In this document: in pieces, positions 1-8,693 of the stretch
How positions within the stretch are numbered: position 1 is the stretch's first letter
Layout of the letters: every line of letters starts with the position of its first letter
From: a virus
Virus record (IMG/VR): IMGVR_UViG_3300042507_003741
Location: 17,602 to 81,601 of that record
DNA: 64,000 nt
Reading direction: 5' to 3' (one strand)
Notes under the pieces: model-generated
The model's input: only the letters and a program-made list of their open reading frames with translations
Databases searched by the model: none
What the model was told of the DNA's origin: nothing
Position numbers and translations under genes: made by a program

Positions 1-176
1 GTCGCCTGCGCGACGTGCCGCCCGTTGCCCGACAGGTCGCGCCACTCGCTGACGGTGTTCCCGTTGAGCGTCAGGCTGCCGTCGTTGCTCGCGTCCAGCC
101 ACATGCCCAGATTCGGGATTGATCGCGGGTCAAATCCGCTGGCTCTGGGCCGCAGTAGCCGATTGTTCATTGACAT
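1..176 (-). CDS. N-terminus of putative tail-fibre/ConA(LamG)-like virion protein (partial)
   Basis: Hand translation MSMNNRLLRPRASGFDPRSIPNLGMWLDAS...VSEWRDLSGNGRH; WLDA/W-D-SGNG motif typical of LamG-like phage proteins; runs off window. Confidence 0.6.
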   Translation of the reverse strand, partial: MSMNNRLLRPRASGFDPRSIPNLGMWLDASNDGSLTLNGNTVSEWRDLSGNGRHVAQA

Positions 177-177
177 T

Positions 178-246
178 TCATCTGGCCCGGAGTGCGAGGA
201 CGAACACTGCGATCATCAGCAGCGTGAGGAGGATGTGCTCGATCAT
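178..246 (-). CDS. 22-aa hydrophobic peptide
   Basis: MIEHILLTLLMIAVFVLALRAR, AAGGA upstream, fills the gap between neighbouring genes. Confidence 0.45.
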   Translation of the reverse strand: MIEHILLTLLMIAVFVLALRAR

Positions 247-247
247 G

Positions 248-508
248 TCAGTTCCTTCCCTCGTCCACTCCATTCGCTGCGGCCACCTTCGGCTGCAAGG
301 CGTAGAGCAGCCGCGTCTGTTCGTGAACGGCTTCGGCTATGTCCCGCTGGGTCAGGGACATCTCCCGGAGAAACGCTTGGTGCGCCTCTACCATCGGCAG
401 CACGATGTCCACTCGCACAAACCACAGCACGCAGGTCGCCAGCATGAGCCCAAACCCATACCGCTCCCACATCCGCAACGCTGTCTCGTACATGTCCGCA
501 CTACTCAC
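248..508 (-). CDS. small membrane protein (holin-like candidate)
   Basis: One hydrophobic segment YGFGLMLATCVLWFV then amphipathic tail; coupled to neighbours. Confidence 0.55.
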   Translation of the reverse strand: MSSADMYETALRMWERYGFGLMLATCVLWFVRVDIVLPMVEAHQAFLREMSLTQRDIAEAVHEQTRLLYALQPKVAAANGVDEGRN

Positions 509-870
509 GGCTCACCTCTTGCTGCCCACTGCCACCCCGCCAGTTTCACGCGGTTCGCCGCTCTGGATAGCCACCACTCCAGGATGTGCTGCACGATGGC
601 CGAGATGGCGGCCGACAGGATCAGCGTCCAGAAGAAGCCGTAGGTCTGCTCGCCGCCACGCAGCGCCTCGTAGGTGGCTGTCACTCTCTTGGTGGTTGCG
701 TCCAGGATCTTCTCCTCCTCGACCGATCCCCTGCCGGCAGCGAGAAGCGGCTCAATGGGCCACTCCGTGACGGCGATCAGCACGAGGTCGTTCAGCCGCT
801 CCTTGCCGACGAGGCGGGCGCGAACCGGAAGGCGGCGGCGGACGTGGTCGCACAGTTCGTCGGCCCTCAT
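505..870 (-). CDS. hypothetical membrane protein
   Basis: Start MRADEL at ATGA overlap with upstream stop; C-terminal hydrophobic helix FFWTLILSAAISAIV. Confidence 0.6.
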   Translation of the reverse strand: MRADELCDHVRRRLPVRARLVGKERLNDLVLIAVTEWPIEPLLAAGRGSVEEEKILDATTKRVTATYEALRGGEQTYGFFWTLILSAAISAIVQHILEWWLSRAANRVKLAGWQWAARGEP

Positions 871-1103
871 GGCTGCCTCTCGCACGAGCCATTGACGCAT
901 CGCTGCGGCTTCGGCCGGTTCTTCGCACACGGACACGTCGCCGGGCATTCGCACCACACCCGCGTGATCCCGTCTCCCGTCGGCACCATGCCGGTGCCGT
1001 TGCACTTACCACAGCATTTCACTGCCGGCGGCGCGGGAGGAACAGGCGCGGAGGCTGGGGCGAACGCCAGCCACACCGCAACGGTGGCGGCCGTAATCTT
1101 CAC
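867..1103 (-). CDS. small exported Cys-rich protein
   Basis: Signal-peptide-like N-terminus, CCGKCNGTG and CECPATCPC motifs. Confidence 0.65.
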   Translation of the reverse strand: MKITAATVAVWLAFAPASAPVPPAPPAVKCCGKCNGTGMVPTGDGITRVWCECPATCPCAKNRPKPQRCVNGSCERQP

Positions 1104-2041
1104 CCCAGAATCTCCTTTGCGCCCCAGTCCTTGAGCATCCGCTTGGGGAACCCCAGCACGTTGGACACGGCATACGTCCCGCCCTGCGAGATCATTCGCT
1201 GGGCCGTCTGCTGGTCAATCCAGAAAGACCCCTCCGGCTGGTCGTGAACCTTCGGGCCGGTGTGAGCGTTCCAGCCCCACGAGTTCTGCACGCAGAAGCG
1301 GCAGTCATTGGGGCGGGTGTCGTCGGCTGCGTGCCACTGCATCGCGTGGTGCCATGTTCCGGACGGGCGGATCATGCCCTCCGAGTTCCGCCTCATCCCG
1401 GCGAACCCCACGTCTGAGCAGCACACCAGCCCGTACCCATTGGCGATTGCGTCCCGCGCCTGCTGCCACGTCGTCACCAGACTGATCGTCCCGATGTGGT
1501 GCTTCTTTGCCTCACTGGTCACCTCTGAGGGGACGCCCCGCGAACCCCACCGCATCCCCACCGCTGCGTTGTATTCCGTGAGGTCGAGCCCGAGCGCGTC
1601 ATACTTCTTGCGGAGCATCAGCCCGCCAGTCTTGTGCGCCCACTCCACGATGCGGGAGCAGGTGGCACCCTGACCGCCGTGACCACGAGCGCCGTACAGC
1701 GGCTCCGTCGCCGTCCGGTCCACCCAGTCCTCTGTCGAGTGCAGGTCAGGGTCGTTGCCCCGAGCAACATCTGCCCCGCCACGCACGGCATGGCTCACGC
1801 AATCGCCCGTCGTTTGCGTCTCGTCGTATGGCTTGCGGCCGGTCGCCGTCTCCCAGTGAACGACCGACTTGAAGGCAAGCGACAGTTTGCCAGCCCCGCT
1901 TTCGGCCAGCGTGCTGCCAAACAGCGGCATGGGCAGCGACCGCAGCAGCCGGGCGGTGGCGTCGGGGTCGCAGTACGAACCCACGAGCCCTTCGTTGTAC
2001 GCCCGAGCGATGTCCTCTGGCGAGGCGAAGAAGTCTTCCAT
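1100..2041 (-). CDS. papain-like cysteine peptidase (C1 family)
   Basis: Q-TTGDC (oxyanion Q and catalytic C), WHHAM (catalytic H), QNSWG (catalytic N). Confidence 0.85.
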   Translation of the reverse strand: MEDFFASPEDIARAYNEGLVGSYCDPDATARLLRSLPMPLFGSTLAESGAGKLSLAFKSVVHWETATGRKPYDETQTTGDCVSHAVRGGADVARGNDPDLHSTEDWVDRTATEPLYGARGHGGQGATCSRIVEWAHKTGGLMLRKKYDALGLDLTEYNAAVGMRWGSRGVPSEVTSEAKKHHIGTISLVTTWQQARDAIANGYGLVCCSDVGFAGMRRNSEGMIRPSGTWHHAMQWHAADDTRPNDCRFCVQNSWGWNAHTGPKVHDQPEGSFWIDQQTAQRMISQGGTYAVSNVLGFPKRMLKDWGAKEILG

Positions 2042-2048
2042 GCCTCAC

Positions 2049-2465
2049 CTATTTGATCGCTGCAAAAGCCCGAGCCGCTGACTGCCTGAGTTCCGGCGTG
2101 AGCGGCAAGTCCTTGTCGCCCACAGCCAGGAGCAGGTACTCGTCGAGCCGCTGGCCTAGCCCGGCATACCGGCCCACCATCCCCGTGTTCTCAAAAGCCA
2201 TCGACAGGGCGTGCTTGTACCGTGCCCGCAGGTCGAACAGCGTCTTGCAGACCGGCTGCTTGGCCGACCCGTCCCGCACCACGATGTCCGCCACTGCCGC
2301 ATGAAAGTCACGCAGGATCGCGGCATCGGCGGCACTGACGCCAGCCAGGACGCCAGCAGGCTGCGGCACAACCGGAGCCACGACTGGCCTGCGGGGCAGG
2401 ACGGTAACCGTCATGGCCCCAATGCCAATCAGCAGGCCCGCCCAGATTGCGACCGTCCGTGCCAT
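2049..2465 (-). CDS. hypothetical membrane-anchored protein
   Basis: N-terminal hydrophobic helix, operon position. Confidence 0.65.
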   Translation of the reverse strand: MARTVAIWAGLLIGIGAMTVTVLPRRPVVAPVVPQPAGVLAGVSAADAAILRDFHAAVADIVVRDGSAKQPVCKTLFDLRARYKHALSMAFENTGMVGRYAGLGQRLDEYLLLAVGDKDLPLTPELRQSAARAFAAIK

Positions 2466-2468
2466 GAA

Positions 2469-2711
2469 CTACCGCGCTTTCTTCGGGAGTTCCTTCTCTG
2501 CGACCAGGGCGGCGATCAGCGCTCGGGCCGCAGTCGCCACCGGAGTCTCGCCGGCCTCTTCCGCCTGGACGGCCAGAACGAAGAGGCGATTCACCCAGCC
2601 GGCCCGGTCTGACGGCGAGACTCCGGGCGACCGGGCGGCCGTCAGGTGCGGGAATGCCGCCGCGCCAGCGGCGACGGCAAATGCGACGGCGGCCACCAAG
2701 TACAGCGTCAT
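2469..2711 (-). CDS. hypothetical membrane protein
   Basis: Start MTLYLVAAVAFAVAAG overlaps upstream stop. Confidence 0.6.
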   Translation of the reverse strand: MTLYLVAAVAFAVAAGAAAFPHLTAARSPGVSPSDRAGWVNRLFVLAVQAEEAGETPVATAARALIAALVAEKELPKKAR

Positions 2712-2980
2712 CCGTCGATCTCCGCCTGCGACACCGCCGTCACGACAGCCACGATGTACCGGAACAACTCCTCGCCCTGCGGGCTCAACAGGCACGCCTC
2801 TACCCGCTCGCAGAGGTCATCGTCGATGGGAGTCGCCGTCTTGGTAGCGACAAACCGCATGAGTTTGAGCGCCCCTGCGGCCCGCTCTTTCGCCGTGTCG
2901 GCTGCGGAAATCTCGGACAGCATCGACAAGGCCGGAGCCCACTCGACGATCATCCTCACCTTGTCCGCGACAGTTGCCAT
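2708..2980 (-). CDS. hypothetical protein
   Basis: ORF with AGGAGAAGG upstream; follows promoter-like motif. Confidence 0.65.
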   Translation of the reverse strand: MATVADKVRMIVEWAPALSMLSEISAADTAKERAAGALKLMRFVATKTATPIDDDLCERVEACLLSPQGEELFRYIVAVVTAVSQAEIDG

Positions 2981-3356
2981 TTGCCTTCTCCTTCTGGCGG
3001 GCCGCCCATGCCACCAGAAGATTTATGTCCCGCTCGGGACGGCACAGGGACAACAGTTTTCGCCTGACTAAAGCGGGGTCCAGCCGCAAATCCAGGCACG
3101 TCTGGTCGAACGTGAACAGGCCGCCCGTGCCCTCAAACGCCCAACGATAGGCCGCCACCTGCCGGCGGAGCGTCTCCCACTCCTTCCGGCTTGACGGCAG
3201 CATCTGGGCGTACCCCAGCCGGCGGTGCCGGCGACACAACTCCCGAACGTGATAATGCGTGCGAACGAGAACCTCTGCGCAGAACCTACCCCAACCGGCC
3301 TCGCAATCCTCAACGATGTTCTCGTCGTCGTAGTCCTTTACGGCGACGGCGATCAT
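2817..3356 (-). CDS. hypothetical protein
   Basis: ORF coupled to upstream stop; 3' end overlaps next gene. Confidence 0.55.
   Translation of the reverse strand: MIAVAVKDYDDENIVEDCEAGWGRFCAEVLVRTHYHVRELCRRHRRLGYAQMLPSSRKEWETLRRQVAAYRWAFEGTGGLFTFDQTCLDLRLDPALVRRKLLSLCRPERDINLLVAWAARQKEKANGNCRGQGEDDRRVGSGLVDAVRDFRSRHGERAGRRGAQTHAVCRYQDGDSHRR
3020..3030 (-). promoter_or_regulatory. putative late-promoter motif GGACATAAATC
   Basis: Same motif recurs just upstream of gene blocks at 22806, 41114 and 58938. Confidence 0.5.
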
Positions 3357-3970
3357 TAGTTTGTCGGTGCCTCACAATAGCCGGTACGAAATGAACCTTC
3401 GTTGAGTTCCGGCCACAACTCCAACGAATGAATCGCTGCCATGAAGTTCCACGCCGCATGGCCCAGATGGTCTTCGCTCCTGTCGCCGTCCAGGAACTTG
3501 AATACGTGGCGAATGGCATGATTCAGTATGTCGGCTGCACCCATCCCGGCTTCCCAGTTATAGGGACTGTACTTGGCGGCACCTTCTGCACAGGCGATTG
3601 CCACTGCCTCAATGCCCTTCGGTGGAATCAGGTCATAACGAAACAACCGCACTTCGTGCATTTCTTTCTCGACACGGCTGTTCTCCTGAATGGCGTGCAG
3701 GACTGCAACCGCAGCGTTTGCCAGATGGTCGGCATTCCTATCTCCCGCCAGAAAGAGGTATGTATCTCGGAGGCACTCGTTGAGACATTCCGGCACGCTC
3801 AGTCGCCCCCCATACTTCGCGGCTCCTTCCGCACACGCTGCCGCCACCGCCGCCAGACCGATGGGCGTGATGAGGTCGTACCTCGTCGCCTCCGCATCGC
3901 TCGACCGAACGGCACCGCTGGCGTACCTGACTGACCTGTCCTCAGTTACTTTTGTCACTGGATTTATCAC
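3356..3970 (-). CDS. dATP/dGTP diphosphohydrolase-like (DUF5664) protein with internal duplication
   Basis: SGAVR, RYDLI..GAAKY twice, NWEAG, HAIRH, EDHLGHAAWN. Confidence 0.75.
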   Translation of the reverse strand: MINPVTKVTEDRSVRYASGAVRSSDAEATRYDLITPIGLAAVAAACAEGAAKYGGRLSVPECLNECLRDTYLFLAGDRNADHLANAAVAVLHAIQENSRVEKEMHEVRLFRYDLIPPKGIEAVAIACAEGAAKYSPYNWEAGMGAADILNHAIRHVFKFLDGDRSEDHLGHAAWNFMAAIHSLELWPELNEGSFRTGYCEAPTN

Positions 3971-4482
3971 TTGACTAACTCCTTGAATCGGGCCTCAAAC
4001 AACTCCTTTGCTTGCGTCCAGGAATACGGATTCACTGGCCCGCACGCAGGCTCTACGTCGATCCCCCAGTCGTGCGAGCAGGAGATCAAATCGCGCTTCT
4101 CCGCCATCAACGCCCGCAGGTCTGCCTGCTTTACGTCGGGCGGCATCGGCCACGACAGCCGAAACACGCGGGCTATCGTCTGCTGCACCCGCTCCTCCAG
4201 TTCCCGGTAGCCGGGCAGTAGGTTCTTCAGCGGCGTGGCTACGTCTCCCAAGTACGCCTCGCTGGCATCATGCAGAAGCCCCCACAGCGCGTTCTCTGGC
4301 AGCGTCAAGCGGCTCACCATGACGCTGTGCTGGGCCACGCTGTACGGGCACTTGCTGTGGCCCGTGAATCGGCTGATGAGAGACAGGGCGTGGGAGATGT
4401 CGGGCAGGCGGACGTCCTCCTCGCTGAAGTTCGCGAGGTCGATCAGTTTCCCGGTATACGTCTGCATGGTCGTGGCGTTCAT
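3967..4482 (-). CDS. HD-domain phosphohydrolase (YfdR/YfbR-like 5'-deoxynucleotidase)
   Basis: DISHALS..RFTGH, YSVAQHS, LLHDASEAYLGD; AGGAG RBS. Confidence 0.85.
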   Translation of the reverse strand: MNATTMQTYTGKLIDLANFSEEDVRLPDISHALSLISRFTGHSKCPYSVAQHSVMVSRLTLPENALWGLLHDASEAYLGDVATPLKNLLPGYRELEERVQQTIARVFRLSWPMPPDVKQADLRALMAEKRDLISCSHDWGIDVEPACGPVNPYSWTQAKELFEARFKELVK

Positions 4483-4484
4483 GG

Positions 4485-4958
4485 TCAGCACTCCTTGCAC
4501 ACAAATGGGTCTATCGGACGCAACGCCGACTGCGGGACGAAATACGCTTCCCCGTAGCCACCGTAGTTGGCCTTGAACTTTGGCTGCTTCGCCTCCGCCG
4601 CAGGCATCCAGCCGTGAATGGTGAACTCGTGCGGGCCTCCCGTGACCAGTACGAACACGTCACTGTCCCTGTCTCCGGATCGGACGATAAGGTCATAGGA
4701 ATGCTTGGATCGCGTGCGGACCTGGATGCGTTCACCGACATCACCACCAGACTTGAAGGTGTTGACACTGCCGTTCCAGTAGCGATTGGTCGCCTTCGCG
4801 AACGCACACTCACCGAGCGCGCCGAGAATGTGAACGTGCCACTCGTTTTCGTTTGTGGGACGGGCGTTTTGCAGACCCTTTCGCAGAGCCTCCACGTTTC
4901 GGCTTACTCCCACGAGTGCTGCCCGGCTCACCTCGAACCACTCCAGCGTTACCCGCAT
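4485..4958 (-). CDS. hypothetical phage protein, possible PD-(D/E)XK-like fold
   Basis: GALGE..AK, GDVG..IQVR motifs. Confidence 0.6.
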   Translation of the reverse strand: MRVTLEWFEVSRAALVGVSRNVEALRKGLQNARPTNENEWHVHILGALGECAFAKATNRYWNGSVNTFKSGGDVGERIQVRTRSKHSYDLIVRSGDRDSDVFVLVTGGPHEFTIHGWMPAAEAKQPKFKANYGGYGEAYFVPQSALRPIDPFVCKEC

Positions 4959-5067
4959 CGTTCTTTCCTTCCCTGAGAGCGACCCAGCCGTCCTTGTCCG
5001 GGATCGGGCTGTGGATTTCCTCCTCCTCGCCGTCGTCTCCATCCCAGTCGATCACTCTGGCGTTCAT
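4810..5067 (-). CDS. hypothetical protein
   Basis: Start overlaps upstream stop; acidic N-terminus; 3' overlap with next gene. Confidence 0.4.
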   Translation of the reverse strand: MNARVIDWDGDDGEEEEIHSPIPDKDGWVALREGKNDAGNAGVVRGEPGSTRGSKPKRGGSAKGSAKRPSHKRKRVARSHSRRAR

Positions 5068-5768
5068 CACATGGCCCCCTGCACCTGCTGCACGAATCGC
5101 TTGATCTGCTCCAGCGGGAACGTCACAAGCCACTCCTTATCGTTCTGCCGGTGCAGCACCACCGGGCAGAGTTCGCCGCACTGCTCACGGGACTTCTCCA
5201 TGACGGCGTGGAGGTTCAGCCCGCGCTCCACCCGCTTTACCTCCAGCCACAGGTGCGGAGTGCCAGGAGACAGGAGATCGCTGGCCGACTCCGTGCCGCT
5301 GTGCTGCTGCGAGCGGCGGGCTCCGGCCCATGGAACCAGCCGGTTCCATTCGGACGCCGCCTCCAACTCGCCACGCTTTCCCTTCTGCCTGCTGTTGATT
5401 GCCATATCCTTCAACTCCTTTGGGATCCCGTTCCGCCGACGAAATACGAACACACGCACCGGATACCGCTCCGGGCCGTAGCCCAGATGTTTCTTGAGGC
5501 GGAGCGAAGCCAGGAACGCCGGGTCGTAGTGGGCGTCGTCAACTTCTCTCTTTGCGGTGAGCAGCATCCCTTTGGTGAGGTTGTTCTTGCCCCCGAAGTG
5601 CAACCCCTCGTGGCACCACATGCAGAGACGCAGGAGGTTGCGTCGGTCGTGGGAGCGGCCCGCCCCTTGTTGCAGGTGGTGGATGTGCAGCGACTCCCGC
5701 CCCCAGCACACAGCGCAGAAGCCGTACTCCGCCGCAAAGGCCGCCAGTTCTTTACGGGCATCACTCAT
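5067..5768 (-). CDS. HNH domain fused to Holliday-junction-resolvase-like PD-(D/E)XK domain
   Basis: CAVC..HHL..NLLRLCMWCH; then NSRQKGKRGELE..DLL..LEVKR. Confidence 0.75.
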   Translation of the reverse strand: MSDARKELAAFAAEYGFCAVCWGRESLHIHHLQQGAGRSHDRRNLLRLCMWCHEGLHFGGKNNLTKGMLLTAKREVDDAHYDPAFLASLRLKKHLGYGPERYPVRVFVFRRRNGIPKELKDMAINSRQKGKRGELEAASEWNRLVPWAGARRSQQHSGTESASDLLSPGTPHLWLEVKRVERGLNLHAVMEKSREQCGELCPVVLHRQNDKEWLVTFPLEQIKRFVQQVQGAM

Positions 5769-6048
5769 CCCCCCTCTCCGTCGTCAGGCTCACGATGTCC
5801 CGCACGGCATGGGTAAAAGCCTCTGCGTCCTCCTCTGTGGCAAACGCGATGACGTACCGATACGACTCCTCTGTCGTGTTCAAGTCCACGCTGTGCTCGT
5901 GCGTCTCCTTTCGGCAGGCTGCCAGACCGCCCAGCCTCTTGGCGGCTTCCACCAACTCCCGGTTCTCCTGCAAGAACCCCGCCAATGCTTGGCCGATGAA
6001 TCCCACGACGATGACTCCCTTGTGAATGTTGGACACACAACTCTCCAA
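5761..6048 (-). CDS. hypothetical protein
   Basis: ORF track; start uncertain. Confidence 0.5.
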   Translation of the reverse strand: MESCVSNIHKGVIVVGFIGQALAGFLQENRELVEAAKRLGGLAACRKETHEHSVDLNTTEESYRYVIAFATEEDAEAFTHAVRDIVSLTTERGDE

Positions 6049-6373
6049 TCAAAGCGCCTCTTCAAGCGCTGAAACAAATCAATCTGCTCACTGTTTGAAG
6101 GCTCGCTGCGGGTGGACGGCGACTATCCCCAGCCCGAAGGCTAGGGTTAGCCGCCACCTGCCCACTGTCAGTTAGGACGTAGGGGTGTCCTCCTTGCCGC
6201 AGGGGCGGAGGCATGCGACCTGCTTATCGGACATCCTGCTGTCCGCGTGACTTGGCCCTGTCGCTTGCGGCTGGCCTACCCACTTTCGTCACGATCCCTT
6301 CTGGTCGTGGGTCATGCGTCTGCGTGCCATAGGTTCACCCAACCCACGCAGCCGTTCGGATTGTCGAATCGCT
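6049..6373 (-). ncRNA. candidate structured non-coding RNA (~320 nt)
   Basis: One of the few long intergenic regions; 17-bp cUUCGg hairpin with G-U pairs (6118-6155) plus several nested stems. Confidence 0.5.
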
Positions 6374-6772
6374 CTACTTCATTCGCGGGATGCTCCGCAG
6401 GACTGCCATGTCCGACCACTTGTCCGCAGCGTGCCAGGACATCCAGCGGCCGCCATTGGTTGCGGCCACAGGAACGCAAAGGACGACGCCCGTGCGGATG
6501 TTGCAGAGCACAAAAGCATCGACGTGTCGCGGATCGTATCGCTGCGACTTGGCCGACCCTCTGCCAATGCGAATGCGGGACTTGTTGCGGCCGCGAGACG
6601 ACGATGCCTTGACCTGGATCCGCCAGCAGCGGCGTGCATCAAAGGCGAGCAGGTCATACCCGTCGTCCACAATCGGGACGGCGACGTAGAAGCCCGCCCG
6701 GAGCAGCCGCTCCACAGCCATAGCCACGCCGATTTGTGATATGAAACGCTCATCTGGCGATCCTTCGCTCAT
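6374..6772 (-). CDS. PD-(D/E)XK endonuclease, group I intron-associated type
   Basis: IG..(A)V..LL..GF.V..P..D..YDLL..IQVK pattern; GGAG RBS. Confidence 0.7.
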   Translation of the reverse strand: MSEGSPDERFISQIGVAMAVERLLRAGFYVAVPIVDDGYDLLAFDARRCWRIQVKASSSRGRNKSRIRIGRGSAKSQRYDPRHVDAFVLCNIRTGVVLCVPVAATNGGRWMSWHAADKWSDMAVLRSIPRMK

Positions 6773-6780
6773 GCGCACTC

Positions 6781-8304
6781 CTACCGGGCCGCAGTGGTTT
6801 CCTTTCGCCGCCCCAGTTCCCTCCGCACGGCCGACGTGAATGGCGTCTCCTTCTTCTGGGAGCCAAGCACCCACGAGAGGTATCCCTCCGGGATCGAGTC
6901 CAGAGGAATGCCCTTGTATTTGCCGTACATCATCCGCCAGCCACGCTTCTTCTTGGCCTCCGGCTCGGAGAAGAGGTCGCGGGTGGTGTGATCGAAGTTG
7001 ACGCCTATCAGAAGGCTCTTGCGGCGCTCCCGGCTTTCCAGTGACCGGGCCTCCAGTTCTGCCAACTCAATGGCATCCGCCTCACGAATGGCACTGACGG
7101 CATCCGTGCCCTCCATCGACAGAGAGGCAGACAGTCGGCTGCGGCGGGCGGGCCGCTTCCTGCTCTTTGCGTCCAGGACTTGCATCGCATTGAGCAGTTG
7201 ATGGTTGCGACTGCTGTCGGTGATGTCGTAGATGTTGAAATGAGGCTTGTCGCTCGCCGCGATTGCCGCCAGCCGCTCGTCCCGGCTCATCTCCGAGTGG
7301 ATCGTGCCGGGCAGCGGCCGGGTGCCGCGACCCAGACGCTGCTCGTATCGCGACAGGCTGCGAGTCGGCGCTGCCATGTAGATGTTTCGCAGCGCCGGGA
7401 AGTCCCAGCCGTACCCCAAGATGCCGACGTTCACGATGATCTTGGTTTCACCAGACAGGAAGGCGTCCATGTTCGCCTGCCGCTCGACAATGTTCTGGCT
7501 GCTGTGAACCAGACTGACAGTGTGCTGGTAGCGCTCAAACATGTCGCGCAACTGCACGGCCTGCCGCTTGTTGCATGCGTAGACCACCGACGGCTGCTGC
7601 TTGAAGGTTGACAGGACAAGGCCCGTCACCTCCTGCGCGAAATGCTCTGCCGTCATCACGGCTGCCAACTGGGACGTGTTCCACTCGCCGGCCTCGTCTT
7701 CCACGAGGGACAGGTCGAAACTCTTGGCCTCGCTGAGAAAACACTTGGGGCCGACCAGATACCCGTCGCTGATGCCATCCAGCAGCGAATACACCACCTG
7801 CGGGCGAGGCCAGTATCGCAATGCCTTGCCCTTGCCCTTGTAGGGAGTGGCCGAGAATCCGACGATGGTCGCCCCTCGATTTTCAAACCACTGGAGCATC
7901 TCCTCCATGCGTGGCGTCATGCCGACGTGGCACTCGTCCACCAGCACCAAAGACACACGCTCGTACGCCTTCGCCTTGAACCGGCTGCTGGAGAGCAGGC
8001 TGTCCCGAGAGCCGACAATCACTCTGCGGCGCAGCCCCTCGATGCTCTCCGCAAAGTTCCCGCCCTGCTCGATGTCGCACCGTTCTCCCAGACGCAATTC
8101 CAAGCGGTCCCGGCCCTGACGCATGAGGTCAAGAAGCGGCACCACCTTCAGCGGGTATCGTGCGATGCGGCACAACTCGGCCATCACCTCTGTCTTGCCG
8201 GAGCCGACCGGCTGGCAGACGACGATCCGCTTTTGGCCTCGCTTTGCGGCCCGGCACACAGCCTCGACGGCGGATCGCTGATAGTCACGAAGGGAGATCG
8301 TCAT
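6781..8304 (-). CDS. superfamily 2 DEAD/DEAH-box helicase
   Basis: LRDYQ, PVGSGKT, DECH, SATP, QRLGRGTR; C-terminal GKYKG..IPEGYLSW domain. Confidence 0.9.
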   Translation of the reverse strand: MTISLRDYQRSAVEAVCRAAKRGQKRIVVCQPVGSGKTEVMAELCRIARYPLKVVPLLDLMRQGRDRLELRLGERCDIEQGGNFAESIEGLRRRVIVGSRDSLLSSSRFKAKAYERVSLVLVDECHVGMTPRMEEMLQWFENRGATIVGFSATPYKGKGKALRYWPRPQVVYSLLDGISDGYLVGPKCFLSEAKSFDLSLVEDEAGEWNTSQLAAVMTAEHFAQEVTGLVLSTFKQQPSVVYACNKRQAVQLRDMFERYQHTVSLVHSSQNIVERQANMDAFLSGETKIIVNVGILGYGWDFPALRNIYMAAPTRSLSRYEQRLGRGTRPLPGTIHSEMSRDERLAAIAASDKPHFNIYDITDSSRNHQLLNAMQVLDAKSRKRPARRSRLSASLSMEGTDAVSAIREADAIELAELEARSLESRERRKSLLIGVNFDHTTRDLFSEPEAKKKRGWRMMYGKYKGIPLDSIPEGYLSWVLGSQKKETPFTSAVRRELGRRKETTAAR

Positions 8305-8623
8305 GCTTCCCTCCTCGCTTCTTGGCCTTCTTGGCACGCTTGGCTGCCCGTTTCCTCTTGCCCGACTGAGGCTCGGCGGCCGGAGCCGACCAGCGGTTGC
8401 TGCAAATGGTCGCACTGCACTCCGGCTGCGGGTCTGCGGCAGGAGCCGGAAACATCTGCGACAGGCGTGCGTCCAGCCGCTGCGCCAGTTCGATCTCCAC
8501 CAGCAGGGCCGGCAGGATCGCCTTGCAAAACCGCACGGCCGTATCGGCGTCCAGCGTCCCCGCCTGTGCGTGAGCCGAGACGCCTTGAGCCAGCGAGATG
8601 TAGCGTTCAGTGTCGGGTGTCAT
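8285..8623 (-). CDS. hypothetical protein
   Basis: ORF track; basic C-terminus. Confidence 0.55.
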   Translation of the reverse strand: MTPDTERYISLAQGVSAHAQAGTLDADTAVRFCKAILPALLVEIELAQRLDARLSQMFPAPAADPQPECSATICSNRWSAPAAEPQSGKRKRAAKRAKKAKKRGGKHDDLPS

Positions 8624-8630
8624 GAGTGAA

Positions 8631-8659
8631 ATGCCGGATGAGAGGACGGCATCCGGCGT
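8631..8659 (-). terminator. hairpin, possible terminator/attenuator
   Basis: GCCGGATG/CATCCGGC stem followed by TTTC on minus strand; roughly positional counterpart of 47153-47187. Confidence 0.35.
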
Positions 8660-8693
8660 GCCGTTGGGATGTGGCCCTGCCCTGCCAAGTTGA

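Noticed and set aside
3356-4482. 2-aminoadenine (Z) genome pathway
   Set aside because: No PurZ or dedicated polymerase in the window
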